From positions 64,001-128,000 of the forward strand of contig CAWDVP010000006.1 in assembly GCA_963805945.1 (NCBI GenBank): a stretch of 64,000 nucleotides of DNA. The letters run 5' to 3'. A program made the position numbers and the translations under genes. This stretch comes from Vulcanimicrobiota bacterium. Its GTDB lineage: Bacteria > Vulcanimicrobiota > Vulcanimicrobiia > Eremiobacterales > Eremiobacteraceae. Each line of letters begins with the position of its first letter. Positions within the stretch are counted from its first letter, which is position 1. Of this stretch, positions 42,876-54,071 are shown piece after piece. The notes beneath the pieces were generated by a model. That model saw only the letters and a program-made list of their open reading frames with translations, did no database searches and had not been told where the DNA came from.

Positions 42876-45490
42876 AGAGAGCGCAGGCGGTCGCGGCTTA
42901 GTTCGATGCCGGCCCGCAGCTCGCCGAGGCGCGTGCGTTCTTTGGCGACGACCGCTGGCGGCGCTTTGTCGACGAAGTTCGTCTGCAGCTTGCGCTCGAT
43001 GCCTGCCGCCTCGGCCTCCGCGCCGGCGATCTCCTTGTCCAGCGCGGCGCGCTCTTTGTCCACGAACGCGGCGTCGACCGGCAAGAGGATCTCGACCGCG
43101 CCTAAACGCCGCGACACAGCGTGCGTCGGCCGGCCGTCTGCACCCTTCGGCGCGTTGATCTTCTCCGCGCGCCCCAACCGCATCACGACGCCGCGCTCGC
43201 GCTCGAGCAACGTCAGCAGCTGGTCATCGGCGCCGAGCACCGTCACGTCGCGCAGCTCGCGGAACGGTAGCTTCGGCAGCGCGCGCAGCATGCGCACCGC
43301 GTCGACGAACTCGAGCACGCGCGTCATCTCGGCGCGCGCCACGTCATCTTGGTGGCCGGCTTCGGCTGGCCAGGCCGAGCGCTCGATGAGCCCGTCAGAA
43401 CCAAGCCTATGCCCCAGCTCCTCGCTGACGAACGGCATGATCGGGTGGATCAGCTGCATGCACGTGGCCAGCACGGAGTTCAAGATCGGCGCGCGCGTCG
43501 GCGCCTTATCCTTGGCGATCTCGATGTAGACGTCGCAGACCTGGTACCAGATGAAGGCATAGAGCAGTTGCGACGCCTCGGCGAAGTCGTAGGTGTCGAG
43601 CGCTTGCGTGACCCGCCTTGCGGTCAGGGCGAGCGCGTCCATGATCCAGCGATCCGGAAGAGTCCACTCGTCGACCGCTGGCAATGGAGCGGTCGAATTC
43701 AGTCGACCGTCCGCCAAGTCGATCGCGAAGCGCACCGCCTGCCATATCTTGTTGCAGAACTTGCGCGCGTCGTCGCACTTCCCGATGGCGAAGCGCACGT
43801 CTTGCGTTCCGTGCATCTGCCCGACGACGCCGAAGCGGGTCGCGTCCGCGCCGTACGACGCGATGAGGTCCATCGGGTCGAGCGCGTTGCCGAGCGACTT
43901 GCTCATCTTGCGGCCCTGCTCGTCGAGGATGAGCGGTGTGATGAGGACTTCGTGGAACGGGATGTCGCCGGCGAAGTGGATGCCGAACATCACCATGCGC
44001 GCCACCCAGTTGAAGATGATCTCGCGCGCGGTGAGCAGCAGCTGGTTGGGATACCAGGCGGCGAGCTCCGGCGTGTGCTCGGGCCAGCCGAGGATCGCGA
44101 ACGGCCACAGACCGCTGGAGAACCACGTGTCGAGCGTGTCCTCGTCCTGCTGCAGTTCGGTCGAGTTGCACTCACCGCACGCATGCGGCGCGCTCTCCGC
44201 GACCGTCACGTGGCCGTGCTGGCAATACCAGACGGGCAGACGGTGGCCCCACCAGATCTGGCGCGAGATGCACCAATCGCGGATGTGCTCGAGCCAATCG
44301 TCGTATGTGCGCTGATAGCGCTCCGGCGTGAAGCGCAGGCGCCCCTTGCGCGACGCCTCCAGCGCCGGCTCGGCGAGCGGCTTGATCTTGACGAACCACT
44401 GCAGCGAGAGCAGCGGCTCGACCACGGTGTCGCAGCGGTAGCACGTGCCCGTGTTGACGGTGTACGCCTCTTCTTTCACCAGGGCACCGCGTTCGCGCAG
44501 CAGCGCGACGGCGCGCTTGCGCGCCTCGAAGCGATCCAGCCCCGCGAACTCCGGCTCGACGGCATCGGTCATCTTCGCGTCGGGGCCGATTACGGAGAGC
44601 GCGGCCAAACCGTGGCGTTCGCCGATCTCCGCGTCGGTCTGGTCGTGGCCGGGCGTGATCTTCAGCGCGCCGGTGCCGAACGCACGTTCCACGGCCGCGT
44701 CGGCGATGACCGGGATCGGGTGGCGCGAGAGCGGCCGCATGACGAGCCGCCCGATAAGCGGGATATAACGCTCGTCTTCGGGATGCACCGCGACCGCCAC
44801 GTCGGCGAAGATCGTCTCGGGGCGCGTCGTCGCGACCACGGCGCCTTCGCCGCCGTCCTCGCCGCGATAGCGCACGTAGTAGAGCGTGCCTTGCGACTCT
44901 TCATGCTCGACTTCGGTGTCGGCAAGCGTCGTCGCGCAACGCGGGCACCAATTCACCAGGCGCGTGCCGCGGTAGATGAGCCCCTCGTGATAGAGCTGCA
45001 CGAACACCTTGAGGACGGCTCTGCTCAGGCCTTCGTCCATGGTGTAGCGATCGCGCTGCCAATCGGGGCCGAAGCCGAGCGCGCGGAACTGGTCGTAGAG
45101 GATGCCGCCGTAGAGCGTGCGCCACTCGCGCGCGCGCTGGATGAAGGCCTCACGACCGAGATCGAAACGCGTCAGCCCCTCTTTCGCCAGTTCTTTTTCG
45201 ATGACGTTCTGCGTGGCGATCGCCGCATGGTCCTGACCGGGCAGCCACACGGCATTCTCGCCGCGCATGCGGTGGTAGCGCGTGAGGATGTCCATCGCGG
45301 TGTAGGTGGAGCCGTGGCCCATGTGCGCGCGGCCGGTGATGTTCGGCGGCGGCATGGAGATGACGAACGGCGGCCGTGACGGGTCGGGCTCAGCGTGGAA
45401 GAGGCCGTCGGCTTCCCAGACGGCATACCACGACGCCTCGATCGCGCCGGGATCATACTTGTCGAGCATGGGCTTGTCGGGCGGCGCCAT
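42872..45490 (-). CDS. valS: Valine-tRNA ligase
   Basis: PPPNITGRAHMGH, DHAAIATQ, WCISRQIWWGH, KMSKS. Confidence 0.98.
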   Translation of the reverse strand: MAPPDKPMLDKYDPGAIEASWYAVWEADGLFHAEPDPSRPPFVISMPPPNITGRAHMGHGSTYTAMDILTRYHRMRGENAVWLPGQDHAAIATQNVIEKELAKEGLTRFDLGREAFIQRAREWRTLYGGILYDQFRALGFGPDWQRDRYTMDEGLSRAVLKVFVQLYHEGLIYRGTRLVNWCPRCATTLADTEVEHEESQGTLYYVRYRGEDGGEGAVVATTRPETIFADVAVAVHPEDERYIPLIGRLVMRPLSRHPIPVIADAAVERAFGTGALKITPGHDQTDAEIGERHGLAALSVIGPDAKMTDAVEPEFAGLDRFEARKRAVALLRERGALVKEEAYTVNTGTCYRCDTVVEPLLSLQWFVKIKPLAEPALEASRKGRLRFTPERYQRTYDDWLEHIRDWCISRQIWWGHRLPVWYCQHGHVTVAESAPHACGECNSTELQQDEDTLDTWFSSGLWPFAILGWPEHTPELAAWYPNQLLLTAREIIFNWVARMVMFGIHFAGDIPFHEVLITPLILDEQGRKMSKSLGNALDPMDLIASYGADATRFGVVGQMHGTQDVRFAIGKCDDARKFCNKIWQAVRFAIDLADGRLNSTAPLPAVDEWTLPDRWIMDALALTARRVTQALDTYDFAEASQLLYAFIWYQVCDVYIEIAKDKAPTRAPILNSVLATCMQLIHPIMPFVSEELGHRLGSDGLIERSAWPAEAGHQDDVARAEMTRVLEFVDAVRMLRALPKLPFRELRDVTVLGADDQLLTLLERERGVVMRLGRAEKINAPKGADGRPTHAVSRRLGAVEILLPVDAAFVDKERAALDKEIAGAEAEAAGIERKLQTNFVDKAPPAVVAKERTRLGELRAGIELSRDRLRSL
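43684..43709 (+). repeat. REP-like family A in frame within valS (GRLNSTAP)
   Basis: ATGG-AGCGGTCGAA-ttca-GTCGACCG. Confidence 0.85.
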
Positions 45491-45548
45491 GCGCCTTTTC
45501 TTCGTGTGGCGCGCCGGAGGCCCTTGCTAGGCCGAGGCGGTCAGCCTA

Positions 45549-45647
45549 TCAGTGCGGTCCCAGCGGCGTCTTGACCCGGAGCGTTTGAAAGATAACGACA
45601 CCGAGGGATGCGAGTAAGGCTGACGCGGACAACATTGTCCAATGCAT
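45549..45647 (-). CDS. Putative 32-aa hydrophobic peptide MHWTMLSASALLASLGVVIFQTLRVKTPLGPH
   Basis: AAAGGAG RBS just upstream of ATG; single TM-like stretch. Confidence 0.55.
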   Translation of the reverse strand: MHWTMLSASALLASLGVVIFQTLRVKTPLGPH

Positions 45648-45789
45648 ATGATCTCCTTTGCTTAGAACCGCGGGACACGAGAAGATGAACCACGTGTCCG
45701 TAGCTCTATCACTCCGGAGTGATTGAAGGTCTAGCACGGGTAGGTACGAGCCGCGAGCCTAGCGCGAGACTGGCATCGCTTTGAATGGG

Positions 45790-47052
<1,263 letters not shown>

Positions 47053-47060
47053 ACACCTCT

Positions 47061-47084
47061 CCCCGAGCTCCGCTCGGGCACTAC
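47061..47084 (-). repeat. REP-like family B between clpP and clpX, abutting the clpX RBS
   Basis: GTAG-TGCCCGAGC-gga-GCTCGGGG-AGAGGTGT-ATG. Confidence 0.85.
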
Positions 47085-47098
47085 TTCCAGTAGTAGAC

Positions 47099-47722
47099 CT
47101 AGGCCGCCGACGGTTTCGGCGCGCTGGCCGCTCTGCTCTCCCTGTTGATGACCGAGTCGACGATGCCGTAGGTGACGGCTTCCGTCGCCGTCATGATGTA
47201 ATCGCGCTCTAAATCCCGTTCGATTCGCTCGAGCGACTGTCCCGTTGTCTCTACATAGATATCGGCCAGAACGCGCCTGCTCTTAATGAGGTCCCGCGCA
47301 TGGATCTCAAGGTCGGTGGCCTGGCCGCCCATCTGGGAAACCCACGGCTGATGGATGATTACCTTGGAGTAAGGAAGGCAAAAGCGCTTGCCCTTGGCCC
47401 CGCCCGTGAGCAGGATCGAAGCGGCGCTCGCGGCCATGCCCGCGCAGAAGGTCGCGACGTCGGGTTTGATGAGGCACATCGTGTCGAAGATCGCCAGGCC
47501 CGCGGTCAGACTGCCGCCCGGCGAGTTGATGTACATCTCGATGTCCTTGTCCGCGTCCTCGCGCTCGAGGAAGAGCAGCTGCGCGATGACCAGGTTGGCC
47601 ATGTTGTCGTCGATGCCGCCGGTGACGAAGATGATGCGGTCCTTGAGCAGCCGTGAAAAGATGTCGAAGGCGCGCTCGCCGCGCGAGGTCTGCTCGACGA
47701 CCATCGGTACCAGATGTCCCAT
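47099..47722 (-). CDS. clpP: Clp protease proteolytic subunit
   Basis: Own [49 protein letters not shown]. Confidence 0.96.
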   Translation of the reverse strand: MGHLVPMVVEQTSRGERAFDIFSRLLKDRIIFVTGGIDDNMANLVIAQLLFLEREDADKDIEMYINSPGGSLTAGLAIFDTMCLIKPDVATFCAGMAASAASILLTGGAKGKRFCLPYSKVIIHQPWVSQMGGQATDLEIHARDLIKSRRVLADIYVETTGQSLERIERDLERDYIMTATEAVTYGIVDSVINRESRAASAPKPSAA

Positions 47723-49084
47723 GATTCTCCTATTTCTCCCCGAGCTGCGCTCGGGCACTACTTCGGTCTGCGTTGCGACGTGCGGCGGCGAGACCTCGAC
47801 GACCTCCGCCTTTTCGACTAGGAACGCGATCGTCTTGTTACGCTTGATCGCGGACAGCAAGCGCCCCAGCGCATCGTTCTTCTGCAAGGCCTCAAGCGTC
47901 GCCCGGCGCGACTGGCCGCTCGAGCGGGCGAGGGAGTCTATTTCGTGATCGACGTCGCTGCCGGACACCGTGATGTTCTCCTTCTTGCCGATCTGCTCGA
48001 TTAGCAGGCCGGTTTTGATGCGGCGACGTGCCTGCGCTTTCAGCCGTTCCGTCATCTCATCTTCGAGGATGTTCTGCGACTGCAGATATGCTTTCCAATC
48101 GGCGCCCGATCGCTCGACGTCATGCTTCGCGTCGTGCAGCATCGCCTCGGCCTCGCGCGTGACGAGCACGTCGGGCAGCGGGAACTCGTGTGCGGCCGTG
48201 ATCTTCTCGATGAGCTCGTTCTCGACCGTCTCAGCGGCGCGCGCCTGCTGCATGCGCTCGAGCCGGGCGCGGATCGCCTCGCGCAGCGCGGCGAGGTCGG
48301 GCAGATCGGAGACCTGCTTGACGAATTCCTCGTCGAGCGCCGGCAGCACCGGCGTCTTGATGTCGTGGACCGTCACCTCGAAGACCGCCGCTTTGCCCGC
48401 CAAGGACTCGGGCTTGTAGACGGCGGGAAAGGTGACGTTGAGCGTGCGCTGTTCGCCGGCGCGCGCATCGCGCAGCTGTTCGGCGAAGCCCGGGATGAAG
48501 CGCTCGGGAGATATCTCGGTGGTGTGGTTCGTCGCGCTGCCGCCTTCGAACAATTCGCCGTCGATGCGGCCGGCGTAATCGAGCGTGACGACATCGCCGT
48601 CGACGATGCCGCGGTCCTCGACGGGTTCGAGCGTCGCGGCGCGGCGGCGCAGCGCTTCGAGGCTTTCGTCGACATCAGCGTCCGTGATGTGCACGGCGGG
48701 CTTGTTCACTTTGACGCCGGTGTAGGCGCCGAGGGTGATCTCGGGGCGCACCGCGACTGTGGCCGTGATCTTGAGCGTCTTGCCGTCATCGCCGCGCTCG
48801 AGATCGATCTTCGGCCGGTCGACCGGGTCGAGATCGTGCTCTTCAAGCGCTTTGGCATATGCGTCGGGCACCACCGTCTCGATGGCTTCGTGCTCGACGT
48901 GCTCGGCGCCGACGTGCTGCTCGACGATGCGGTGGGGGATGTGGCCCGGGCGGAAGCCGGGCAGGCGCAGCTGCTGGGAAAGCTTGTGCAACGCCTGTGC
49001 GCGCGCGCGCGCGAACTCGGGTGCATCGACCTGGATGTCCAGTTGGACTTGGGTCGGGTCGATCTTCTTCAGGGTGGTGGTCAA
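47723..49084 (-). CDS. tig: Trigger factor (reads in frame into clpP in this sequence)
   Basis: PGFRPG ribosome-binding motif, FEGG..FIPGF FKBP domain; tig-clpP-clpX synteny. Confidence 0.93.
47738..47761 (-). repeat. REP-like family B at the tig/clpP junction (VVPERSSG)
   Basis: GTAG-TGCCCGAGC-gca-GCTCGGGG. Confidence 0.85.
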
Positions 49085-49100
49085 GTCGGTGTTGATCCTT

Positions 49101-49175
49101 TGGAGCGGAAGACGAGATTCGAACTCGCGACCCTCGCCTTGGCAAGGCGATGCTCTACCACTGAGCTACTTCCGC
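49101..49175 (-). tRNA. tRNA-Gly(GCC)
   Basis: GCGGAAGTAGCTCAG...TTGCCAA...GTTCGAATC...CCA. Confidence 0.95.
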
Positions 49176-49234
49176 GCGCGAGCGCACTTAATTAACCGCC
49201 AGGGTCCATTTCCCTTGCGCACGAACGACTGAGC

Positions 49235-49366
49235 ATGCAGGATAGTCATCTCGTCGCCGTCGCTCTAGTGCTCGGCGGCGCGTTGTATCTCACGATTTTC
49301 TTCTGGGTCGCCGTGCAGCGCGTGCGCGAGCTTGGCCCGCCAAAGCCTCCGCCGGAGCATCACTAG
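49235..49366 (+). CDS. Putative 43-aa single-TM peptide
   Basis: MQDSHLVAVALVLGGALYLTIFFWVAVQRVRELGPPKPPPEHH; followed by a hairpin. Confidence 0.5.
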   Translation: MQDSHLVAVALVLGGALYLTIFFWVAVQRVRELGPPKPPPEHH

Positions 49367-49375
49367 GTCAGACGA

Positions 49376-49403
49376 AAGGGCGGCCCTGAAAAGGAGCCGC
49401 CCT
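49376..49403. terminator. Hairpin between convergent genes
   Basis: AAGGGCGGC...GCCGCCCTT. Confidence 0.6.
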
Positions 49404-49420
49404 TGTCTTGTAAGGCGGGC

Positions 49421-51400
49421 CTATCCTTCGTCCTTGGTCGAGGTCTTCGCCATCTCCGCGATGTTCTTGACGACAGTCGCGTCGGCGAGTGTCGTCGTAT
49501 CGCCGAGCGGACGCTCCTCCATCACGTCGCGCAGCAACCGTCGCATGATCTTGCCCGATCGGGTCTTGGGCAGGTCCGGCGTGAACGTGACGTACTTCGG
49601 CCGAGCGAACGCGCCGATCTTGCTGGCGACGTGCTTGCGCAGCATGTTCGCCTCCTCTTCGGAGCCGACGCCTCCGCCCTTGAGCGTGACGAATGCGGCG
49701 ATGGCCTCGCCGGTGATGTCGTCTTTCTTGGCGACGACCGCTGCCTCGGCGACCTTGGGGTGGTCGACGAACGCGCTCTCCACTTCGGTGGTCGAGATGC
49801 GGTGGCCGGAGACGTTCATCACGTCATCCACGCGGCCGAGCAACCAGTAGTAGCCGTCCTCGTCGCGCTTGCAGCCGTCCGCGGGGAAGTAGTAGCCTTG
49901 TTTGGCGAACTTCTTCCAATAGGTCTCGAGGTAGCGGTCGTGTGCACGCCATAGGGTGCGCAGCATCGCCGGATATGGTCGTGTGATAACGACATATCCG
50001 CCGCCGCCGAGCGGCACCGACTCGCCTTCTGCGCTCACCACATCTGCGAACACGCCTGGGTATGGGAACGTCGCCGATCCCGGTTTGGTCGGCGTGATGC
50101 CGGGCAACGGTGTGATGAGTATCTGCCCGGTCTCTGTCTGCCACCAGGTGTCGACGACCGGGCAGCGTCCCTTGCCGATGTATTCGTAGTACCACACCCA
50201 GGCTTCCGGGTTGATCGGCTCGCCGACCGTGCCGAGCAAACGCAAGCTGGACATGTCGTGTTTTTCCGGATATTCCGGACCCCATTTCATGAACGTGCGG
50301 ATAGCGGTCGGCGCGGTGTATAGGATCGTGATCTTGTATTTCTCGATCAGCGCCCAGAAGCGGTCCTTGTCGGGGAAATCGGGCGTGCCTTCGTAGATGA
50401 CGCCGGTCGTACGATTGGCCAGCGGCCCGTAGACGATGTACGAGTGACCGGTGACCCAGCCGATGTCCGCGGTGCACCAGAAGATGTCTTTGTCTTCTTT
50501 GATATCGAAGATGTGCTTGTGGGTCGACGTGATGCCGGTCAGGTAGCCGCCGGTCGTATGCACGATGCCCTTCGGCTTGGCGGTGGTGCCGCTCGAGTAG
50601 AGGATGTAGAGGATGTCTTCGGCCGCCATCTTCTCAGGCTCGCACTGATCGCTCTGCTTGGCCAGCAGCTCATGGTACCAGTGGTCGCGGCCGGCCTTCC
50701 ATTCGACTTTGTCGCCCACGCGCTTGAGGACGATGACGCTTTCTATGCTGGGCGTGTCCTTGGTCGCGTCGTCGGCGATCTGCTTCAACTGGATCTTGCC
50801 GCCGCGCCGCCAGCCCTGATCCTGTGTGATGAGCACTTTGCTCTCTTGATCGAGGATGCGGTCGCGCAGACTTTCCGCCGAGAAGCCGCCGAAGACGACG
50901 GAGTGGATGGCGCCGATGCGCGAGCAGGCGAGCAGCGCCACCGGCAGCTCGGGCACCATGCCCATGTAGATCGCGACGCGGTCGCCTTTCTTGACGCCCA
51001 AGCTCTTGAGCGCATTTGCCAGGCGGCATGTCTCCTTGAGAAGGTCCTCAAAGGTGAGGGTCCGCGCGTCGCCGGGCTCGCCTTCCCAGTAGTAAGCGAC
51101 CTGTTTGCCGTGGCCGTTCTTGACGTGCCGGTCGAGGCAGTTATAGCTGACGTTGAGCGTGCCGCCGTCGAACCAGCGCGCGACCTTGGTCTTTTCGTCC
51201 CACTGAAGCACCTTGGTCCATTTGGTGAACCAATCGAGGCGCTCGGCTTGCGATGCCCAAAACGCGTCGGGGTCCTTCGAGGCCGACTCGTAGATGGCCG
51301 GATCGTTCCAGTTCGCCTGTTTCTTGAAGGCCTCGGTCGGTGGAAAGGCTCGGTGCTCCGCGAAGAGCGCTTCGATCGCTTGCGCTTTGATTTCGGGCAT
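49421..51400 (-). CDS. acs: Acetyl-CoA synthetase
   Basis: YSSGTTAKPKG, TADIGWVTGHSY, DTWWQTETG, LPKTRSGKIMRR. Confidence 0.97.
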   Translation of the reverse strand: MPEIKAQAIEALFAEHRAFPPTEAFKKQANWNDPAIYESASKDPDAFWASQAERLDWFTKWTKVLQWDEKTKVARWFDGGTLNVSYNCLDRHVKNGHGKQVAYYWEGEPGDARTLTFEDLLKETCRLANALKSLGVKKGDRVAIYMGMVPELPVALLACSRIGAIHSVVFGGFSAESLRDRILDQESKVLITQDQGWRRGGKIQLKQIADDATKDTPSIESVIVLKRVGDKVEWKAGRDHWYHELLAKQSDQCEPEKMAAEDILYILYSSGTTAKPKGIVHTTGGYLTGITSTHKHIFDIKEDKDIFWCTADIGWVTGHSYIVYGPLANRTTGVIYEGTPDFPDKDRFWALIEKYKITILYTAPTAIRTFMKWGPEYPEKHDMSSLRLLGTVGEPINPEAWVWYYEYIGKGRCPVVDTWWQTETGQILITPLPGITPTKPGSATFPYPGVFADVVSAEGESVPLGGGGYVVITRPYPAMLRTLWRAHDRYLETYWKKFAKQGYYFPADGCKRDEDGYYWLLGRVDDVMNVSGHRISTTEVESAFVDHPKVAEAAVVAKKDDITGEAIAAFVTLKGGGVGSEEEANMLRKHVASKIGAFARPKYVTFTPDLPKTRSGKIMRRLLRDVMEERPLGDTTTLADATVVKNIAEMAKTSTKDEG

Positions 51401-51599
51401 GGGCGGTCTCCAATCGGCTCAGACAAGCCTGCATAAATAGCCCGGCTCGGCCCGGGCCCGGCGCGCAGTGGCATGATGAGGCGCGGCCCTGGGGGACAGG
51501 TGAGTTTGCCGCCGCGCCTGGGTCTCCTTCGCCACCGTATCGGAGCCAAGAGGTGACCGCCGCGGCAAGGCTCAATTGGTCGGCACGGACGGCGGTCGT

Positions 51600-51618
51600 T
51601 TGTCGTGTTGCACGACAA
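51600..51618. promoter_or_regulatory. Inverted repeat, candidate operator between divergent acs and satP
   Basis: TTGTCGTG-ttg-CACGACAA. Confidence 0.4.
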
Positions 51619-51673
51619 GCGGCGCTTGCTGTCTTGATCTCTATACGTGCTGCTCGAATTTGGAGGTTGATCG

Positions 51674-52213
51674 ATGGCTAGTTCAACCGAGCCGGTGGTG
51701 GCAAATCCGGGTCCCTTAGGTCTGGCGGGGTTCGCCCTTACCACGCTCTTATTGTCGGCCACCAACGCCGGGCTGTTGCCAGGCTCGGACGTCTGGATCG
51801 GCTACGCGCTCTTCTACGGCGGCATCGCGCAGTTCGCCGCCGGCATGTGGGAGTTCAAGGCGAAGAATACCTTCGGCGCGACGGCGTTCTCGACGTATGG
51901 CGCGTTCTGGCTGGGAACGGCGTTCTATGTCTGGTTCTGGGCTGGGAAATCGACCAACGTTCATGCCGACTTGGCCTGGATGCTGCTCGGCTTTGCGCTC
52001 TTCACCGGCATGATGATGCTCAACTCGTTCAAACTGAAGAACCCGCCCGTCATGTATGTCTTCGTGGCCCTGTTCATCACGTTCGTGCTGCTGTGCGCAG
52101 GTGAGTTCACCGGCATGGCGATGCTCCACACGGCCGGCGGTTACGTCGGTATCATCACGGCGCTGTTGGCCTGGTACGCCGCGCACAAAGGCGTAGAGGC
52201 CAGCCTCGCTTGA
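51674..52213 (+). CDS. satP: Acetate uptake transporter (GPR1/FUN34/SatP family)
   Basis: ANPGPLGLAGF, FYGG, NTFGATAF; divergent from acs. Confidence 0.9.
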   Translation: MASSTEPVVANPGPLGLAGFALTTLLLSATNAGLLPGSDVWIGYALFYGGIAQFAAGMWEFKAKNTFGATAFSTYGAFWLGTAFYVWFWAGKSTNVHADLAWMLLGFALFTGMMMLNSFKLKNPPVMYVFVALFITFVLLCAGEFTGMAMLHTAGGYVGIITALLAWYAAHKGVEASLA

Positions 52214-52245
52214 TACCGACCTGATCGGTAGCCCACACAACAACA

Positions 52246-52280
52246 GCGGCGGCCATGTCAGATGGCCGCCGTTTCCTTTT
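52246..52280 (+). terminator. Intrinsic terminator after satP
   Basis: GCGGCGGCCAT...ATGGCCGCCGT followed by a T-rich tract. Confidence 0.7.
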
Positions 52281-52303
52281 CTCCGGCGCTGCCGGCGTTA
52301 TGC

Positions 52304-52385
52304 TGGGCAAGACAGGAATCGAACCTGCATGGGTCGCCCCACCGGATTCTAAGTCCGGCGCGTCTGCCAATTCCGCCACTTGCCC
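52304..52385 (-). tRNA. tRNA-Leu(TAG)
   Basis: GGGCAAGTGGCGGAATTGGCAGACGC...CTTAGAA, long variable arm, GTTCGATTC. Confidence 0.93.
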
Positions 52386-52443
52386 GTGCACCGACTGTAC
52401 CGCGACCGTTCTGGCCTGCCGCGGCGCCAGCCTGCGATGGCGG

Positions 52444-53775
52444 TCAGATGAGGCGGGCGTGGCGTTGGCGTTTCCATACGAATGTGTAGTAGACGTATTG
52501 GAGCAGCAGCGACGTCGCGAACGCGGCCGGGTAGCCGATCCAGATGCCCTCGATGCCGATGCGGTGAGACAAGATGTACGCGACCGGCACCTCGACCGCC
52601 CAGATCGAAGCGATGCTGATGGTGGTCGGCCACAGCACCGTGCCGCTGGCGCGCATGATGCCCGAGAGTATGGCCGAGTTGCCGAAGAGCAGGTAGCTCC
52701 ACAAGGTGATAGCGAGCAGCCGCACGGCGACTTCGAGCGTGGCCTGGTCGGTGAGGAAAAGCCCGACGATCTCGCGCTTGAAGATGTAGCACAGCGCGAT
52801 GAGCGTGCCGCCTACCGCGTAGTTGAGCCCACGCCGGAACGGATGACGCGGCCGAGCAGGTCTGAGCGGCTCGCGCCGATGGCTTGGGAGCCGAAGATCG
52901 AGGCGGTGATGCCGATGCTGATGGCTGGGAACTGCACGTAGCTGACGATCTGGTTCACCGCGCCGTATGCGGCGGTCGCATGCGAGCCGTAGCGATTGAC
53001 GAACGATATCACCGCGAGCTCCGCCAGGGACACCATCACGACTTGGATGCCGGTGGGGATGCCGATGCGCACCATTTGGACGAGGATCGGCCAGTTGATC
53101 TTGAGATCCTGGATGGTCTCGGCATCGAGGGCGAGCGGGTGGTTGATGAGACGCAGATACACGATGAGGGCCAGTAGCCCGAGGGTGTTGGCGGCGAGCG
53201 CGGCGACGGCGGCGCTGACCACACCGAGGTGCGGCAGGCCGAACCAGCCCAGGATGAGGGCGGGGGTGAAGGCCACGCTCGAGCACGGTCGTCACGAGCA
53301 AGAAGATGAACGGCGTCGTCGAGTCGCCCGTGCCGCGCATGAACGTGACGTACGCGAAGAACACGAAGAGCAGCGGCAGCATGGCGAATATCACGTGGGC
53401 ATACGCGACCGCGTCCGCGAGTATGTTCGACGGCGTGCCGAGCAGCTGCAGCATCTGGGTGGCGAAGGCGATGCCGACGCCGGCGCTCAGGCAACCGAGC
53501 AGGAACGTGACCGTGAGGCTGGTGCCGACGACCAGTTTGAGCTTATGCTGGTCCTTCGCGCCATACGCCTGGCCGATCAAGACGGCGCTGCCGTTGTTGA
53601 AGCCGATGAGAAACCCGATCAAGAGGAACAAGATCGGGAAAAGGGTCGAGATGGCCGCGAGGCCGTCCACGCCGATGAAACGCCCGATGAAAATGCTGTT
53701 GATGGTGCCGGAGGCGGATTGGAGGATGTTGCTCAGCACCAAGGGCACGAGGAAGAGGCCCATGACCTGCCACAT
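52444..53775 (-). CDS. MATE efflux transporter with two frameshifts (~53280, ~52830)
   Basis: IGQAYGA, RGTGDSTTP, GSQAIGA, GIEGIW across two frames. Confidence 0.85.
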   Translation of the reverse strand: MWQVMGLFLVPLVLSNILQSASGTINSIFIGRFIGVDGLAAISTLFPILFLLIGFLIGFNNGSAVLIGQAYGAKDQHKLKLVVGTSLTVTFLLGCLSAGVGIAFATQMLQLLGTPSNILADAVAYAHVIFAMLPLLFVFFAYVTFMRGTGDSTTPFIFLLVTTVLERGLHPRPHPGLVRPAAPRCGQRRRRRARRQHPRATGPHRVSASHQPPARPRCRDHPGSQDQLADPRPNGAHRHPHRHPSRDGVPGGARGDIVRQSLRLACDRRIRRGEPDRQLRAVPSHQHRHHRLDLRLPSHRREPLRPARPRHPFRRGLNYAVGGTLIALCYIFKREIVGLFLTDQATLEVAVRLLAITLWSYLLFGNSAILSGIMRASGTVLWPTTISIASIWAVEVPVAYILSHRIGIEGIWIGYPAAFATSLLLQYVYYTFVWKRQRHARLI

Positions 53776-53875
53776 CGGCCGGGACTCGTCGAAGATACCT
53801 TGTAGGCGAGGGGCGCTGGAGGCTATGCGGCTGCTTTCGCTGGCGTTCGAGGGCGGTACGTCTGATCGGGATCTA

Positions 53876-53948
53876 TGCGTCGTGAGGGACTTGAACCCAC
53901 AACCAACAGATTAAGAGTCTGCTGCTCTACCAATTGAGCTAACGACGC
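53876..53948 (-). tRNA. tRNA-Lys(CTT)
   Basis: GCGTCGTTAGCTCAATTGGTAGAGC...CTCTTAA...GTTCAAGTC. Confidence 0.93.
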
Positions 53949-54071
53949 GCTATCGCGCCTTTATGTTGTCGCAGCGCTGCATCGATTTCCTGTCGCCGGG
54001 CGAGGGGCGTCACCGTCGATGACGAACTTCTGGCCATTCCGTCGCCGCGAACACGAGAGAGGAGCTCATGT

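Noticed and set aside
45491..45789. T-box leader for valS
   Set aside because: No AAGGTGGYACC T-box motif or terminator/antiterminator was seen
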